IMG/VR virus record: IMGVR_UViG_3300015245_000530
Span: 1 to 54,908 of that record
Strand: one strand, 5' to 3'
DNA from: a virus
Taxonomy: Duplodnaviria; Caudoviricetes
DNA: 54,908 bases
Shown: positions 35,465-45,166 of the stretch, piece by piece
Position numbering within the stretch: position 1 is the stretch's first letter
Layout of the letters: each line of letters opens with the position of its first letter
The notes under the pieces: generated by a model
The model's database searches: none
The model's input: the letters and a program-made list of their open reading frames with translations, nothing else
What the model was told of the DNA's origin: nothing
Position numbers and translations under genes: made by a program

Positions 35465-36093
35465 TTGCTCTGGGTCTTGATGGTGGTGAACTTGATGGCC
35501 TTGGCCTGCCATATCAGGTTCACGAACTTCTCGAAGTCCACCGCGTCGTCGTCGAACCGGCAAAGCCAGTTGAACGTCCCGGTCCAGGTGAGCGCGGCCG
35601 CGGCCGCCGGCGGCGAATTGAACGTCACGAGCCCCTGAGTTCCGAGCGTGTAGAGCACCGTCGGCGTGCCGGCGACCTTGACGCTCGCGATCGCGACCGG
35701 CGCGAACACCGGCTCGGAGAACGTGACGCCGCCGAACCCAGTCATGGTGCGCACCAGCGGGAACGCCGTCGTGGCGCCATCGCCCAGCCCGAAGAGCTGG
35801 TCGGTCACCGCCCCGTCGTCCGGGTCGGCGAACTGGAACACGAGCGCGGCCCCCCGCACCAGGTTGAACAGGACCGCGAGCCCCTGCATCTCCAGGGCGG
35901 CGAGCGACTGCAGGGCGGCCGAGCTGGAGTTGAGCGCCTCATACGGGAGGGAGATGCGCCAGCGCGGAAAGCTCCACAGCGGGATCGGGTTGTCCTGCCC
36001 GGAAGTCGCCTCCTGGTGGAGCGTCTTCCAAGTCGGGGTCTTGACCACCGGGTAGGTCGCGCCGATGAGCGGGGGGAACGTTGGCACCGTCAT
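35461..36093 (-). CDS. DUF2460 distal tail protein (GTA gp12-like)
   Basis: KTPTWKT...SG, FQFADPDD, GDGATTAFPL, LTWTGTFNWLCRFDDD. Confidence 0.88.
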   Translation of the reverse strand: MTVPTFPPLIGATYPVVKTPTWKTLHQEATSGQDNPIPLWSFPRWRISLPYEALNSSSAALQSLAALEMQGLAVLFNLVRGAALVFQFADPDDGAVTDQLFGLGDGATTAFPLVRTMTGFGGVTFSEPVFAPVAIASVKVAGTPTVLYTLGTQGLVTFNSPPAAAAALTWTGTFNWLCRFDDDAVDFEKFVNLIWQAKAIKFTTIKTQSK

Positions 36094-36094
36094 A

Positions 36095-38230
36095 TCAGTA
36101 CGCCGGCCTTAAGGTGGGGTTTGCGCTCATCGCCTTCGCCACCGCCTTGGCGATGACCGCGCTGCCGCCCTTCTGCAGCCAGTTGTGCACGCTGGCTCCG
36201 TCCATCGCGCTCACGTTGATGGTCACGCTCGCCCCGCCGCCCTGGCCCTGCCCGCTGAACGGGCCGCTCGTCTGCGCCGGCGTGACGCTCTCGCCCCTGT
36301 GGATGAAGGCGAGGCCAGACTTGAGGACCATGTCGGTGCCGACGTCGAGCGCGGGCACGGCCCCGGCAGCGGCCGCGACCGTCGCCTCGCCAGCCAGCGC
36401 GGGTCCGGCGGCCGCGGGCCCCATCACGGGCGACAGGAAACCGAAGATGCCGGCGAACGTCTGCGCCGCGCTCGCCATGATCGATTTGACGATGTTTACG
36501 AAGTTGGCGGCCATGGACGACACCGCCCCGGCCTGCTCGGCACCCGCCCTCGCCGTCACCCCCGCGGTCGTGGCGGTGGTGCGCGCTAGCTCTCCGGCCG
36601 CCCACTCGAACACCCACTTCTCGACGAGCTCGATGAGCTTGATGATGAGGTCGCCGGCGATGTTCTTCATGGCCTGCGCCCAGGTCACGGTCCCCGACAG
36701 CAGCCCGCGGAGCTGCGCGTTGAACGCGCCCTGCACCGCCGAGAACACCTGGTTGTAGGTCTTCATCTCCTCCAGCGCGGCCTGGTCGACGATCTTCTGC
36801 TTGTCGAGCACGTACTTGCGCTCCATCGACAGCTTCTCGTCGAGGATCTTCTGGTACTGCGTCTTGCTGAGCCCGCCGATCGCGAGCTCGGCGTTGATGG
36901 CCGACGTCTCCGCCGCCTTGCGCTGCTCGAGCGCCGCGAGGAGCGCCGCGGTCTTCTGCCCCTCGGTGATGACGTGGAGCTTGTAGTCCGTGTCGACGCG
37001 CTCCTGCGCCAGCTTGAACGCGTCGTCGGCCGCCTTGATCTTGGCCTCCTCGGCGGCGATCGCGGCGGTGACGTTGTCCTTGTTGAGGATGCTGAGCTTG
37101 GCGTTCTTCGTCTGCTCGATGCCGACGTGGTGGTCCGCGCCCGACTGCCAGATGCCGGAGAGCCGCCCGGTCATCCCCTTCCAAACGCCCTCCATCTGCG
37201 CCGCGATCGTCTCGGTGCGGGCCGCGACCTGCGCCCCGAACTTCTGGAACTCGTCGGCCGCGGCCGCGAAGTTGAAGGTGAAGACGTTCTTTATGATCGT
37301 CCCGAGCGACATGAAGTCGTCGATCATTCCTTTGATCACCGTGCTGGACAGCTTCCAGAGCGCCTCCATCGCCGCCACCCCGACCACCAGCGCGGACGCG
37401 AAGGCCTTCGCGGCGCCGGCCAACAGCTCGAGGACGGGGTGGAGTTCGCCGCCCTTCTGGATCGACTTGTTCAGCCACTCCACGAAGTCGACGAGCGGCC
37501 CGCGCACGCCGGCGAATGACGACGCGAACGTGGTCGCGATCGTCTCCCCTAAATTGCCGAGGCTCTTGTTGAGCTCGATGCCCTGGAGGTGCAGCGAGTG
37601 CATCGCGGCGAGGAACTCTGGGGTAGACGCGCCGCCCGCGCGCGCGACCATCTCGTCGAACTCCTGGATGGCGTGCGAGCCCTGGTTGAAGACCGGGATC
37701 ATCTCGGCGCCGGCCCGTCCCAGCAGCGCCATCGCTATGGCGTCCTTGTCGATGCCGTCCTTGAGCACCGAGAACTTGTCGGCCAGGACCTGCATCTTCT
37801 GGTCGAGCGACATCGCCTGGAACGTGGACGCCTGGATACCGAGCACCGCGAGCCCGGCCTGCGCCTGGAGGCTGCCGGCGTCGGCCCGGGCCAGCTGGAG
37901 GCCGAGCCGCTCCATCGCGTGGGTGAGGCTGTCGAGCGTGCTGCCGGCGGCCTGGGCGGTGACGTCGAGCCGGGCGACGCCCTCGGCGGTCGTGCCGAGC
38001 AGGGTCATGGCGCGCTGCGTCTGGATGGCGCCCTGCTCCATCCTCTCGAAGAACTCGGAGACCTTCTCCACCGCGAAGGCGGCGGCGACGAGCTCGGCCA
38101 CCTCCTTGAGGTGCGACGCGACCTCCTCGACCGGCGAGACGAGTCCCTTGATGCCGTCGACCGCCCTGGTGAGGCCGGTCAGCAACCCGTCTATCCTGGC
38201 GCCTACTGAGACGTCGAGCTCGTCGGCCAT
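36095..38230 (-). CDS. Tape measure protein
   Basis: 711 aa, Ala-rich helical, AMALLGRAGAEMIP motif, C-terminal IH.GE.V; position in the tail module. Confidence 0.9.
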   Translation of the reverse strand: MADELDVSVGARIDGLLTGLTRAVDGIKGLVSPVEEVASHLKEVAELVAAAFAVEKVSEFFERMEQGAIQTQRAMTLLGTTAEGVARLDVTAQAAGSTLDSLTHAMERLGLQLARADAGSLQAQAGLAVLGIQASTFQAMSLDQKMQVLADKFSVLKDGIDKDAIAMALLGRAGAEMIPVFNQGSHAIQEFDEMVARAGGASTPEFLAAMHSLHLQGIELNKSLGNLGETIATTFASSFAGVRGPLVDFVEWLNKSIQKGGELHPVLELLAGAAKAFASALVVGVAAMEALWKLSSTVIKGMIDDFMSLGTIIKNVFTFNFAAAADEFQKFGAQVAARTETIAAQMEGVWKGMTGRLSGIWQSGADHHVGIEQTKNAKLSILNKDNVTAAIAAEEAKIKAADDAFKLAQERVDTDYKLHVITEGQKTAALLAALEQRKAAETSAINAELAIGGLSKTQYQKILDEKLSMERKYVLDKQKIVDQAALEEMKTYNQVFSAVQGAFNAQLRGLLSGTVTWAQAMKNIAGDLIIKLIELVEKWVFEWAAGELARTTATTAGVTARAGAEQAGAVSSMAANFVNIVKSIMASAAQTFAGIFGFLSPVMGPAAAGPALAGEATVAAAAGAVPALDVGTDMVLKSGLAFIHRGESVTPAQTSGPFSGQGQGGGASVTINVSAMDGASVHNWLQKGGSAVIAKAVAKAMSANPTLRPAY

Positions 38231-38272
38231 GCGCCGTCCCCGCCGGAATATTTCCGGGAATAATCCGCCGCT

Positions 38273-38575
38273 TTATACAGAGTTGCCGTTGAGCGGGTCG
38301 CGCCACACGGCGCCGTCCCAGAAGATCGTCTTGCTGAGCGTCGTGTCGAAGTACCGCATGCTGGGCTGGAGCGGCTGCGGCGCGCTGTTGACCGTCGGCC
38401 TCGCGGCGGTGGTGCCGCTGAGCCCGACGAACACCCACCCGTTGGCGGTCAGCTCGTAGGCGTCGGCGTCGGCGGCCACGTCGAGGAACGAGCCGGCGGC
38501 CGCGGTGTAGGTGCGGCCGTTGATGGCGAGGGTCTGCCGCGCCACGTCGGGCGGGGGAAGCACGCGGATCGTCAT
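38273..38575 (-). CDS. Small putative virion protein
   Basis: GTTAARP...YFDTTL...IFWDG..W motif common in virion proteins; GAGGAG RBS. Confidence 0.65.
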   Translation of the reverse strand: MTIRVLPPPDVARQTLAINGRTYTAAAGSFLDVAADADAYELTANGWVFVGLSGTTAARPTVNSAPQPLQPSMRYFDTTLSKTIFWDGAVWRDPLNGNSV

Positions 38576-38588
38576 GTGGCCGTTCTCC

Positions 38589-38888
38589 TCAGTTGATGGT
38601 CACGTTGCCGTTCGGGAACATTTGTACCAGCTGTTCGAGCGTGAGCGAATTGGATTCTTGCGGGCTGGCGGCCGCGGCGCCGCGGCCCCCCCTGTTCCCG
38701 GGCTTGAACCCGTTGGCGTAGGCCACGAAGGCGACCATCTCGTAGTCCGCCGGCACCACGTCTAGGCTGCGCTGGATCGCCTCCAGCATGTCCATTGTGA
38801 CGGCGCTCTCGACGTAGTGCCAGGTCCACCCGAAGACCCTGCAGAGCCTGACTATGATAAGGTCCCAGTCGGGACCGGCGCTTCCCCC
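38589..38888 (-). CDS. Tail assembly chaperone C-terminal extension (gpT-like, reached by -1 frameshift)
   Basis: The -1 frame from GGGGGAA reads GSAGPDWDLIIVRLCRVFGWTWHYVE...; open to 38589. Confidence 0.65.
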   Translation of the reverse strand, partial: GGSAGPDWDLIIVRLCRVFGWTWHYVESAVTMDMLEAIQRSLDVVPADYEMVAFVAYANGFKPGNRGGRGAAAASPQESNSLTLEQLVQMFPNGNVTIN

Positions 38889-39319
38889 GCCGGCGCCGCC
38901 GGCTTGCCCTCCCCGGCCGGTTTCTTGGCGAAGGCGAAGCTCTGCGTGATGATGACGGGCAGCGCCATCAGCAGCTCGTCCACCCCGATCGGCAGGTCGT
39001 CGAACTGGGCCCGCGACATCTCGGGATGGGCGCGCGTCACGGCGGCGTAGGTGACCTCGGCCAGGATGTCCATGGTCTCCGCGTCGATCGGGAAGTTGAG
39101 GAACCAGGACTGGTCGATCTCCCCGCCGGCGGTGATCGCAACCTTGGCGGCCCCGGCCATACCCTGGACCGTGGCGATGAGCGGCATGATCTTCTTGAGG
39201 TTGCCGACGACCACGCGGTTCTGCTTGAACGCCAGGCGCGGAATGCGGAAGTCGGCGCCGCCGAGTTTGATGGCCGGCGAGTTGCTGATCTCGCCCTCGG
39301 TGAGGTACTGCGCCGTCAT
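38852..39319 (-). CDS. Tail assembly chaperone (gpG-like)
   Basis: Lies between tail tube and tape measure; ends in ...GE with a slippery site. Confidence 0.75.
   Translation of the reverse strand: MTAQYLTEGEISNSPAIKLGGADFRIPRLAFKQNRVVVGNLKKIMPLIATVQGMAGAAKVAITAGGEIDQSWFLNFPIDAETMDILAEVTYAAVTRAHPEMSRAQFDDLPIGVDELLMALPVIITQSFAFAKKPAGEGKPAAPAGEAPVPTGTLS
38882..38888 (-). promoter_or_regulatory. Programmed -1 ribosomal frameshift site GGGGGAA
   Basis: G GGG GAA near the chaperone 3' end with an open -1 frame; the same heptamer is known at phage G/T frameshifts. Confidence 0.65.
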
Positions 39320-40071
39320 GACTTCTCCGCGAAGGACCAGGTGGCGACGTTGCCGGCCGCGTCGGCGAAGACCGAGAAGTCGAGCTCCTCCATCACGAAG
39401 TCGTCGAGCTTGGTGGGGAACCCGAGCTTGGCCGCCGTGCAGTTCGGGATCTTCATCGTGAGCGGCAGGTTCTGGAAGGTGGTGAAGAGGTTCGCCTGGA
39501 AGGTCGGCGTGGCGCCCAGCAGTTGGTTGACCGCGACGATCTTCTGTCCCGTCGCCGAGACCGTGTACGTGTAGCTGATGAGCACCGAGATGCCGCTGGC
39601 GTTGTCGGCCGAGGCGAACGTGTATACGCCCACGGCGCTGACGCTGTACTGGCCGGCGGTAGGGCCCGAGGCGACCTTGGTGAACGGGAGCGCGGTCGCG
39701 GCGTTGATGACCCCTAGGTCGTCCACGAACTGCGCGCCGTTGACCACCGTGATCTGGAACGGCGTGGTGGGGATCGCGGTCGGCCCCTCGGCGAACGAGG
39801 TGGCGACCTGCCCCGCCACCGGGGTGATGCCGAAGAAGAGGTCGCCCATCACCAGGCCGGACACCCGCGCCAACTTCGCCTTGACCGCGAACTTTCCCTT
39901 GCCGCGCGCGATCGCGACGGGGAACTGGTACTGGCCGTAGAGCTCCTTGATGTCGAACGACATCTCCACGCCGACCTCCTGGACGAGCCCGAAGTTGACC
40001 GGTGTCTTGAGGACGCCCGGCAGCGTGTCGGTGCGGAATCCCTGCAGCACTCCTGAGCCGAACGAGAACAT
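39316..40071 (-). CDS. Major tail tube protein
   Basis: FGSG, KELYGQYQFP..IARGK, Ig-like insert, FPTKLDDF; position in the tail module. Confidence 0.8.
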   Translation of the reverse strand: MFSFGSGVLQGFRTDTLPGVLKTPVNFGLVQEVGVEMSFDIKELYGQYQFPVAIARGKGKFAVKAKLARVSGLVMGDLFFGITPVAGQVATSFAEGPTAIPTTPFQITVVNGAQFVDDLGVINAATALPFTKVASGPTAGQYSVSAVGVYTFASADNASGISVLISYTYTVSATGQKIVAVNQLLGATPTFQANLFTTFQNLPLTMKIPNCTAAKLGFPTKLDDFVMEELDFSVFADAAGNVATWSFAEKS

Positions 40072-40089
40072 GGTGGGAATCCCCTCTGT

Positions 40090-40545
40090 TTACGGGACGG
40101 TGATGAACACGGGGACTCGGGCCATGCCGTCGCCGTCCAGGTCGCCCGGGTCGCGGAACACTTTGCCCTCGATCCTGCAGTGTTGTACCAGCCCGCCGAG
40201 CGTCTGTCTTCCCACGCCGGCCAAGTCTTTTCCGGTCGGCAGTAGCGCCCGCTCGATGGCGGTGAGTATCTGGTTCATCTGCGTCGCCCCCTGGACCGTG
40301 GGGTCTTTGCAGTTCGTGTAGAAGAACAGGCGCGCCTCCAGGACGCGCTTGGGATTGACGTCGTTAGACCAGGTGTAGGTCTCCTCCGTGCCCTCGAACT
40401 GGAACAACGCTGGCCGCTGGTCGAGCGCAACGTCGCCCCACAGCTTGAGGCGGCGGCTCGGCGTCGACTTCCACGGGTAAACGGTCAGCGGCGACACGAG
40501 CGCGAACAGGGCGGCGAAGATGGTCTCTCGGTCGACGGCGGCCAT
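40090..40545 (-). CDS. Tail terminator/neck protein
   Basis: RETIFAALF, QTLGGLVQHC.I.G, DPGDLDG; position before the tail tube. Confidence 0.7.
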   Translation of the reverse strand: MAAVDRETIFAALFALVSPLTVYPWKSTPSRRLKLWGDVALDQRPALFQFEGTEETYTWSNDVNPKRVLEARLFFYTNCKDPTVQGATQMNQILTAIERALLPTGKDLAGVGRQTLGGLVQHCRIEGKVFRDPGDLDGDGMARVPVFITVP

Positions 40546-41030
40546 CAAGGCTTGATCCCGCGGTTGACGGCCGCCTCGACGTCGGCGAGCAGCACCGGCT
40601 GCATCTCGCGCAGGCTCGACCGCATGAACGACCTCTGGGGCATGACCGAGCCGGGGTGGTTCACCCGCTTGAAGAATACCTGGTTGCCCTTCCACATGAA
40701 GGCGAGCGCGTTGCCCTTGGCCTCGATCACGTGCGCCGAGGTCTTGCCGCCGTACTCGTGGATGCGCCCGTACTTCACGTCGCCGGACTGGCCGACCGTG
40801 CCGCGGACCAGGCCGCCGCCCTGCTCCACGGGCAGGACGGAGTGGATGCTTGCTCGCAGGTTGCCGCTCACGACGTTGAGGACGTCGCCCGACAGCTTCG
40901 CCTTGATCTTGGCCTCCAGCTTGAGGGTGTCGCCGGTGATCGCCTTCACCACCTCGCGCTTCACCTTCTCGCCGCGGGCGCCGAGGCTCGCGATCAGTTC
41001 CTTGTCGCCGACGAGCTCGACCGTGATCAT
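40545..41030 (-). CDS. HK97-gp10-like/virion morphogenesis (tail completion) protein
   Basis: SGNLRASI, YGRIHEYGG, VNHPG...PQRSFMR. Confidence 0.8.
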   Translation of the reverse strand: MITVELVGDKELIASLGARGEKVKREVVKAITGDTLKLEAKIKAKLSGDVLNVVSGNLRASIHSVLPVEQGGGLVRGTVGQSGDVKYGRIHEYGGKTSAHVIEAKGNALAFMWKGNQVFFKRVNHPGSVMPQRSFMRSSLREMQPVLLADVEAAVNRGIKP

Positions 41031-41359
41031 GTGCCGACCTTCTCCGTGGTGCCCACCCACACGAACTCGCCCAGCGCGCCGACGGGGAAATAGTCGCGGC
41101 AGGCGCAGCAGAACGTCCGGCCGTAGAACTCCGGCTTGGCCGCGTAGGTCTCCGCGATCGCGCGCGGCATCGAGGTGAGCCCGCCGCATTTCTGGTGCAT
41201 GTACGCGGTGCGGACCGGTCGGCAAAAGCCCTTCGCCCGGTCCTCCGCCGACATGACCCAGTGGTCCTTGTGCTGGCCGTCAGGGTGCCGCGACATGTCG
41301 GGCACGCTCGCCTCCTCGGGGAGGAACGCCGGCCGGCCGGTGGTCGTGTCCTTGCTCAA
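41027..41359 (-). CDS. Conserved zinc-binding hypothetical protein
   Basis: RAKGF.RPVR..Y.H.KCG..T.M...IAETYA..P.FY..TFCC.C...FPV...EFVW. Confidence 0.7.
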   Translation of the reverse strand: MSKDTTTGRPAFLPEEASVPDMSRHPDGQHKDHWVMSAEDRAKGFCRPVRTAYMHQKCGGLTSMPRAIAETYAAKPEFYGRTFCCACRDYFPVGALGEFVWVGTTEKVGT

Positions 41360-42219
41360 TGCGTCACCACGCGGCGGTATTGCCCGAGCATGAGCTTCAC
41401 GCCGTCCTGCATGTCTTTGAGGCTGAACGATATGGTCTCCTGGCCGCCCAGCGACTTCGACGCCTGGCCGATGCGGCCGCGGTAGGTGTAGCGCTCCGCG
41501 ACGAACTCGATGACGGCCTGCGCGACGTCCGCCGGGATGTACCCATACGAGACCAGCACCGTCTTGCCGCTGTCCGCGGCGTTGAACGTGTAGGTGGGGG
41601 TGCCCGTCACCGGCTGGGCCGTGACCGCGTACTGGCCGGCGGCCGGCGCTCCGACCACCTTGACGAGGGCGACCCCGTTGCTGGCGAACGTCGCGCCGGC
41701 GTCAGCGCCCCAGGCCCCGTAGGGCTGCGCGAAGACCGGTTGGAACGGTCCGGCGCCCGCAGGCACGAGCACCGCCTCGCCCGTCACCTGGTAGCCGGCC
41801 GTGTAGGACACCTGGATGTTCTGCATGCCGCGCGGGACGCAGAAGCCGAACAGGTCTAGCCACTGGCTCTGCCCCGGCGGGCTGCCGTCGAAGGGGCTGA
41901 GCAGCCACCCCGAGGTCAACGCGGCGTTCGTCGGCGACGGCGGCACGCCGGCCGGCACGACCACCGTTCCCAGCATGAGCGACGAGACCGATATCACCGG
42001 GAAGTGCCTGAGCAGTATCCGGCGCTGGTTGGCGCCGTAGCCGTCCATGCGGTCGGAGAACGCTGCGGGCAGGAAGTTGTCGAGGTTGCAGTAGCCGACC
42101 ACGACCCTGCTCGCCATCGTGATCATGCGGCTGAGCAGCGCGTCGGCGTCGCTGGTGCCCGACGCGATGCCGAGCCACGACTTGACGTCGGCGAGGTACG
42201 TGAGGTCGTTCGCCGCCAT
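41356..42219 (-). CDS. Head-tail adaptor (gp6/gp15-like) with inserted Ig-like domain
   Basis: DLT.LADVKSWL, VSYTAGY, IPADVAQA, L.QYRR. Confidence 0.8.
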   Translation of the reverse strand: MAANDLTYLADVKSWLGIASGTSDADALLSRMITMASRVVVGYCNLDNFLPAAFSDRMDGYGANQRRILLRHFPVISVSSLMLGTVVVPAGVPPSPTNAALTSGWLLSPFDGSPPGQSQWLDLFGFCVPRGMQNIQVSYTAGYQVTGEAVLVPAGAGPFQPVFAQPYGAWGADAGATFASNGVALVKVVGAPAAGQYAVTAQPVTGTPTYTFNAADSGKTVLVSYGYIPADVAQAVIEFVAERYTYRGRIGQASKSLGGQETISFSLKDMQDGVKLMLGQYRRVVTH

Positions 42220-42222
42220 CGG

Positions 42223-42696
42223 CTACGCGGCGGGGCCGCCCCCGGGAGGCTTGGTGGGTGAGGACTGCGCCGCCTTCTTGGCTGCCACCTCCGCATCGTT
42301 GGCGGCCGCGGTTTTGGCGGCCGCGGCGGCGGCCGCCGGGTCGGCCTTCTTTTTGAGCTCCGCCACCAGCATGTCGCGCACCACCTCGGTGGCGAGCGTC
42401 TGCATGACCACGACGCCCATGCCGCGCAGCTTCGCGAACAACTCGTTGCGGCCGAGGTCGGCCGGGTCGTCGCCGTCGCTGGGCGCCTCCGCCGCTAGTT
42501 GGCCGCCGCCGAGGAAGGCCTCTTTCGACGCCTGCGCCGCCTCGTCGCTCACCACCTGGAACGCCGGGTCGTGGCCCATCATGATGGCGGCCAAGTCGCC
42601 CACCAGGTTGCGGAGGAGGCCGTCTGGGTCGACCTTGAACTGCTGGCCGTTGACGACGACGCTGAGGTGTCCTGGAGGGGCGCGTAGGTTGGTCAT
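42223..42696 (-). CDS. Hypothetical head-associated protein
   Basis: Follows the capsid region; Ala-rich tail. Confidence 0.55.
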   Translation of the reverse strand: MTNLRAPPGHLSVVVNGQQFKVDPDGLLRNLVGDLAAIMMGHDPAFQVVSDEAAQASKEAFLGGGQLAAEAPSDGDDPADLGRNELFAKLRGMGVVVMQTLATEVVRDMLVAELKKKADPAAAAAAAKTAAANDAEVAAKKAAQSSPTKPPGGGPAA

Positions 42697-42899
42697 TGCA
42701 GCTTGCCTTTCGCTTCTAGCACCACCTGGTGGCAGGGGCCGCCGTGGTCGCAATACGCGCAGCGCGAGTTTGCGCCGGGCTCGAACGTCTCGCAGGGGCC
42801 GAGGTTCCCCGGATACGTGCCGCAGGAACACCGGCCGATCTCGAACCTCTCGGTCAAGGTCGTCTCGCACCGCCCCTGCTGGTCACCCAACATCATCAA
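42693..42899 (-). CDS. Small Cys/His-rich protein
   Basis: CSC...C......RCAYCDH...CH; coupled overlaps. Confidence 0.5.
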   Translation of the reverse strand: MMMLGDQQGRCETTLTERFEIGRCSCGTYPGNLGPCETFEPGANSRCAYCDHGGPCHQVVLEAKGKLQ

Positions 42900-43441
42900 C
42901 CGTTGCCGATGTTGGTGAAACGTTTAGCCACTTTCCCATATTCCGACGCTTGCTGCCGACGCACAGGATCGGCCATCTGAACGGTCGCCGCTCTCCGTAA
43001 CTTCTCGATGTGCACCGATGATTTTATTTGACCCTTGCGGCTCGCAGAAATGCGCGCTCGATGTTCGGCCGATTTCGGCCGGCCAGAATGCAAAGCTCGC
43101 ATTTTAGTGCTCACGGACATCGGTTGCGGAACGCCCCGCCGTGTTCCCGCGACTGGGCACACGTTGTAGCCAAAATCTGAATCGCTGGTCTGAAGCATAT
43201 TCATCCAGATTTGCTCGCGTCGCAAAAGCCTATCTTCATTGCATCTTTCGATGATGCGGAAAGAAAACGCCGCCTCTCCGAACTTATCGAAGGCTCGCTG
43301 CAGATGAGGCGAGTGATGTTCGCCACGCCTGAGCATCCGTCTGTGGATGTAGAGCCTCCTGACCGCGTCTCGCGAGGAACCGACATAGGCTTTCCCGTCG
43401 GAAACATTGAGAATCAGATAGATGCCGGGGCGGCAGGCCAT
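42896..43441 (-). mobile_element. Free-standing GIY-YIG homing endonuclease with NUMOD3-like repeats
   Basis: GIYLI.N..DGKAYVGSS, H.PHLQRAF.K.G, REQ.W, GYN, KSAEHRARIS; AT-richer than its flanks. Confidence 0.9.
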
Positions 43442-43474
43442 TATTTGAACTTAGCATGCCGTTCCCGAAATCGC

Positions 43475-45094
43475 CTAACCATTCCCAATATTGGTGATGA
43501 CCCCCATGCTCGGGGGGAAATAATGTTGCAGGACCTCGTCGGCGTAGACGCCGCTCTCGTAGCGCCTGGCGCGCAGGGGCCACTCGATCTGGTAGTAGTC
43601 CTGCCGCGTGCGGACCTGCATCACGTTGCCCACGTTGCTGATCGGGTAGGGCAGCGCGTTCGACGTGAACAGCATCGTCCCGGCCGGCAGGTTGGGGTGG
43701 ATGCGGATGTCGAGGACCTTGGCCCCGGACATCGAGTACTTGTTCAGGTAGGTGCGGACCATCACGCCACCGCCGAGCGCGCTCTGCTGGCTCTCGAAGA
43801 CGAACCGCTGGGCCGCGTTCGCGGACCCCGCCAGTATCTTCTTCGACAGGTTGGTGGCCTCCTGGGACGACACCCAGACGGTGTCCGGCGATAGGCGGTA
43901 GATGTCCCACCGGTCCTTGAGCAGCGCGTCGATCTCGACGATGCCGCCCGCGCCGTCGCCCGTGAGCGGGCTGCCGGTGCCGGCGGTGCCGGTCGCCAGC
44001 GAGGCGATGTACGCGTTCGAGCCGGTCTTGAACGCCTGGTAGAGGATGCCGTCGAACACCAGCGCGTTGGTGGAGCTGTCGGACGCCGGCAGCGAGGCGG
44101 CGGTCTGCGTGCCGGTCGCCAGCGCGGTGATGTTGATGGAGTTGATGGTGGTGATCGCGCCCAGCACCTCGTTGCCGGCGCCGACCCCCCAGAACCACGC
44201 GTAGCCCAGCGCCCCCGTCTTGAGGGTGGTGGTCGCGGTGATGCGGTGGGTGCTCACCGCGTCGTTGGCCGTGGTGACGGTGGCGTTGGCAGACTTCTGC
44301 GCCGCGCCGCCGCCGAACACGTCGGTGGACCCGTCGGCGTTCGCGCGCGTGATCTGCGCCTGGATGCCACCGGCGACCGATCCGTTGATGACCGCGTCAA
44401 GCGAGAGCGGCACGACGATCACGCTGAAGCCCGTGTTGAACGCGAGCGTGCCGCCGGTGCCGACGTCGGCCAGGACGGGCGTGCCGCCGGTGCCGATCGG
44501 CTGTGAGGTGTTGCCGCCGAGGATGAGGATCTCCTCGCCGATCATCGTCGCCTCGAGCCCGACCTTCGCGCCGATGGCGCGGATGTCGTCGAAGCCCATG
44601 CCCGCGTACTGGGCCTCGAAATCGACCGAGGTCTCCAGGCCGATGCCCTTGTACGAGGCGATGTAGTCCTGGGTCGATACCTGCTGGACGCCGCCGCGGT
44701 TGCCCGCGCTCACGCCGATGCGCATGCCGGTGGAGTTGATGGCGGTGACGGCGCGCCACGCCGCCTGGATACCGCCCTTGCCGGACACGCGCGGGATCAT
44801 GTTCCGCAGCGGGGTGAGGACGGGGTAGAGGAACTTCGCGCCGAGCTCCAGGTCGTAGTAGGTGAGGCCGGACACCGCGGAGCCTGACTGGCCGAACGTG
44901 CTGGCCTTCGTCAGGAAGCTGGAGTCGGGCAGGAATGGGTTCTCGATCGACTTCTTGATCTCGTCGAGGAACGACCCCATCGCGGAGAGGTTCGCCTGGA
45001 ACTCCTCCATGGTCTTGGCGCCGAGCGACTTGGCGAGCTCGTTCTTGAGGTGCGGGCTGAAAGTGATGGCCTTAGTCATGGCGTTCATGGCCAC
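43475..45094 (-). CDS. Major capsid protein (with beta-rich insertion)
   Basis: 539 aa after the protease/scaffold; YDLE..AK.LYPVLTPLRN.IPRV, IHP.LPAGT, YYQIEWP, ITNIGNG end; strong codon bias. Confidence 0.85.
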   Translation of the reverse strand: MAMNAMTKAITFSPHLKNELAKSLGAKTMEEFQANLSAMGSFLDEIKKSIENPFLPDSSFLTKASTFGQSGSAVSGLTYYDLELGAKFLYPVLTPLRNMIPRVSGKGGIQAAWRAVTAINSTGMRIGVSAGNRGGVQQVSTQDYIASYKGIGLETSVDFEAQYAGMGFDDIRAIGAKVGLEATMIGEEILILGGNTSQPIGTGGTPVLADVGTGGTLAFNTGFSVIVVPLSLDAVINGSVAGGIQAQITRANADGSTDVFGGGAAQKSANATVTTANDAVSTHRITATTTLKTGALGYAWFWGVGAGNEVLGAITTINSINITALATGTQTAASLPASDSSTNALVFDGILYQAFKTGSNAYIASLATGTAGTGSPLTGDGAGGIVEIDALLKDRWDIYRLSPDTVWVSSQEATNLSKKILAGSANAAQRFVFESQQSALGGGVMVRTYLNKYSMSGAKVLDIRIHPNLPAGTMLFTSNALPYPISNVGNVMQVRTRQDYYQIEWPLRARRYESGVYADEVLQHYFPPSMGVITNIGNG

Positions 45095-45166
45095 GGTCTC
45101 CCGGGTTGGTGGCGTTGGGCGTGCGCCCCGGGCTCGTTCGCTGAACGAGAATCACCGCTGCGCTGT

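Noticed and set aside
42896-43497. Group I intron in the capsid gene
   Set aside because: The capsid has its own complete end and stop, and only about 33 nt separate it from the endonuclease, leaving no room for a ribozyme core.
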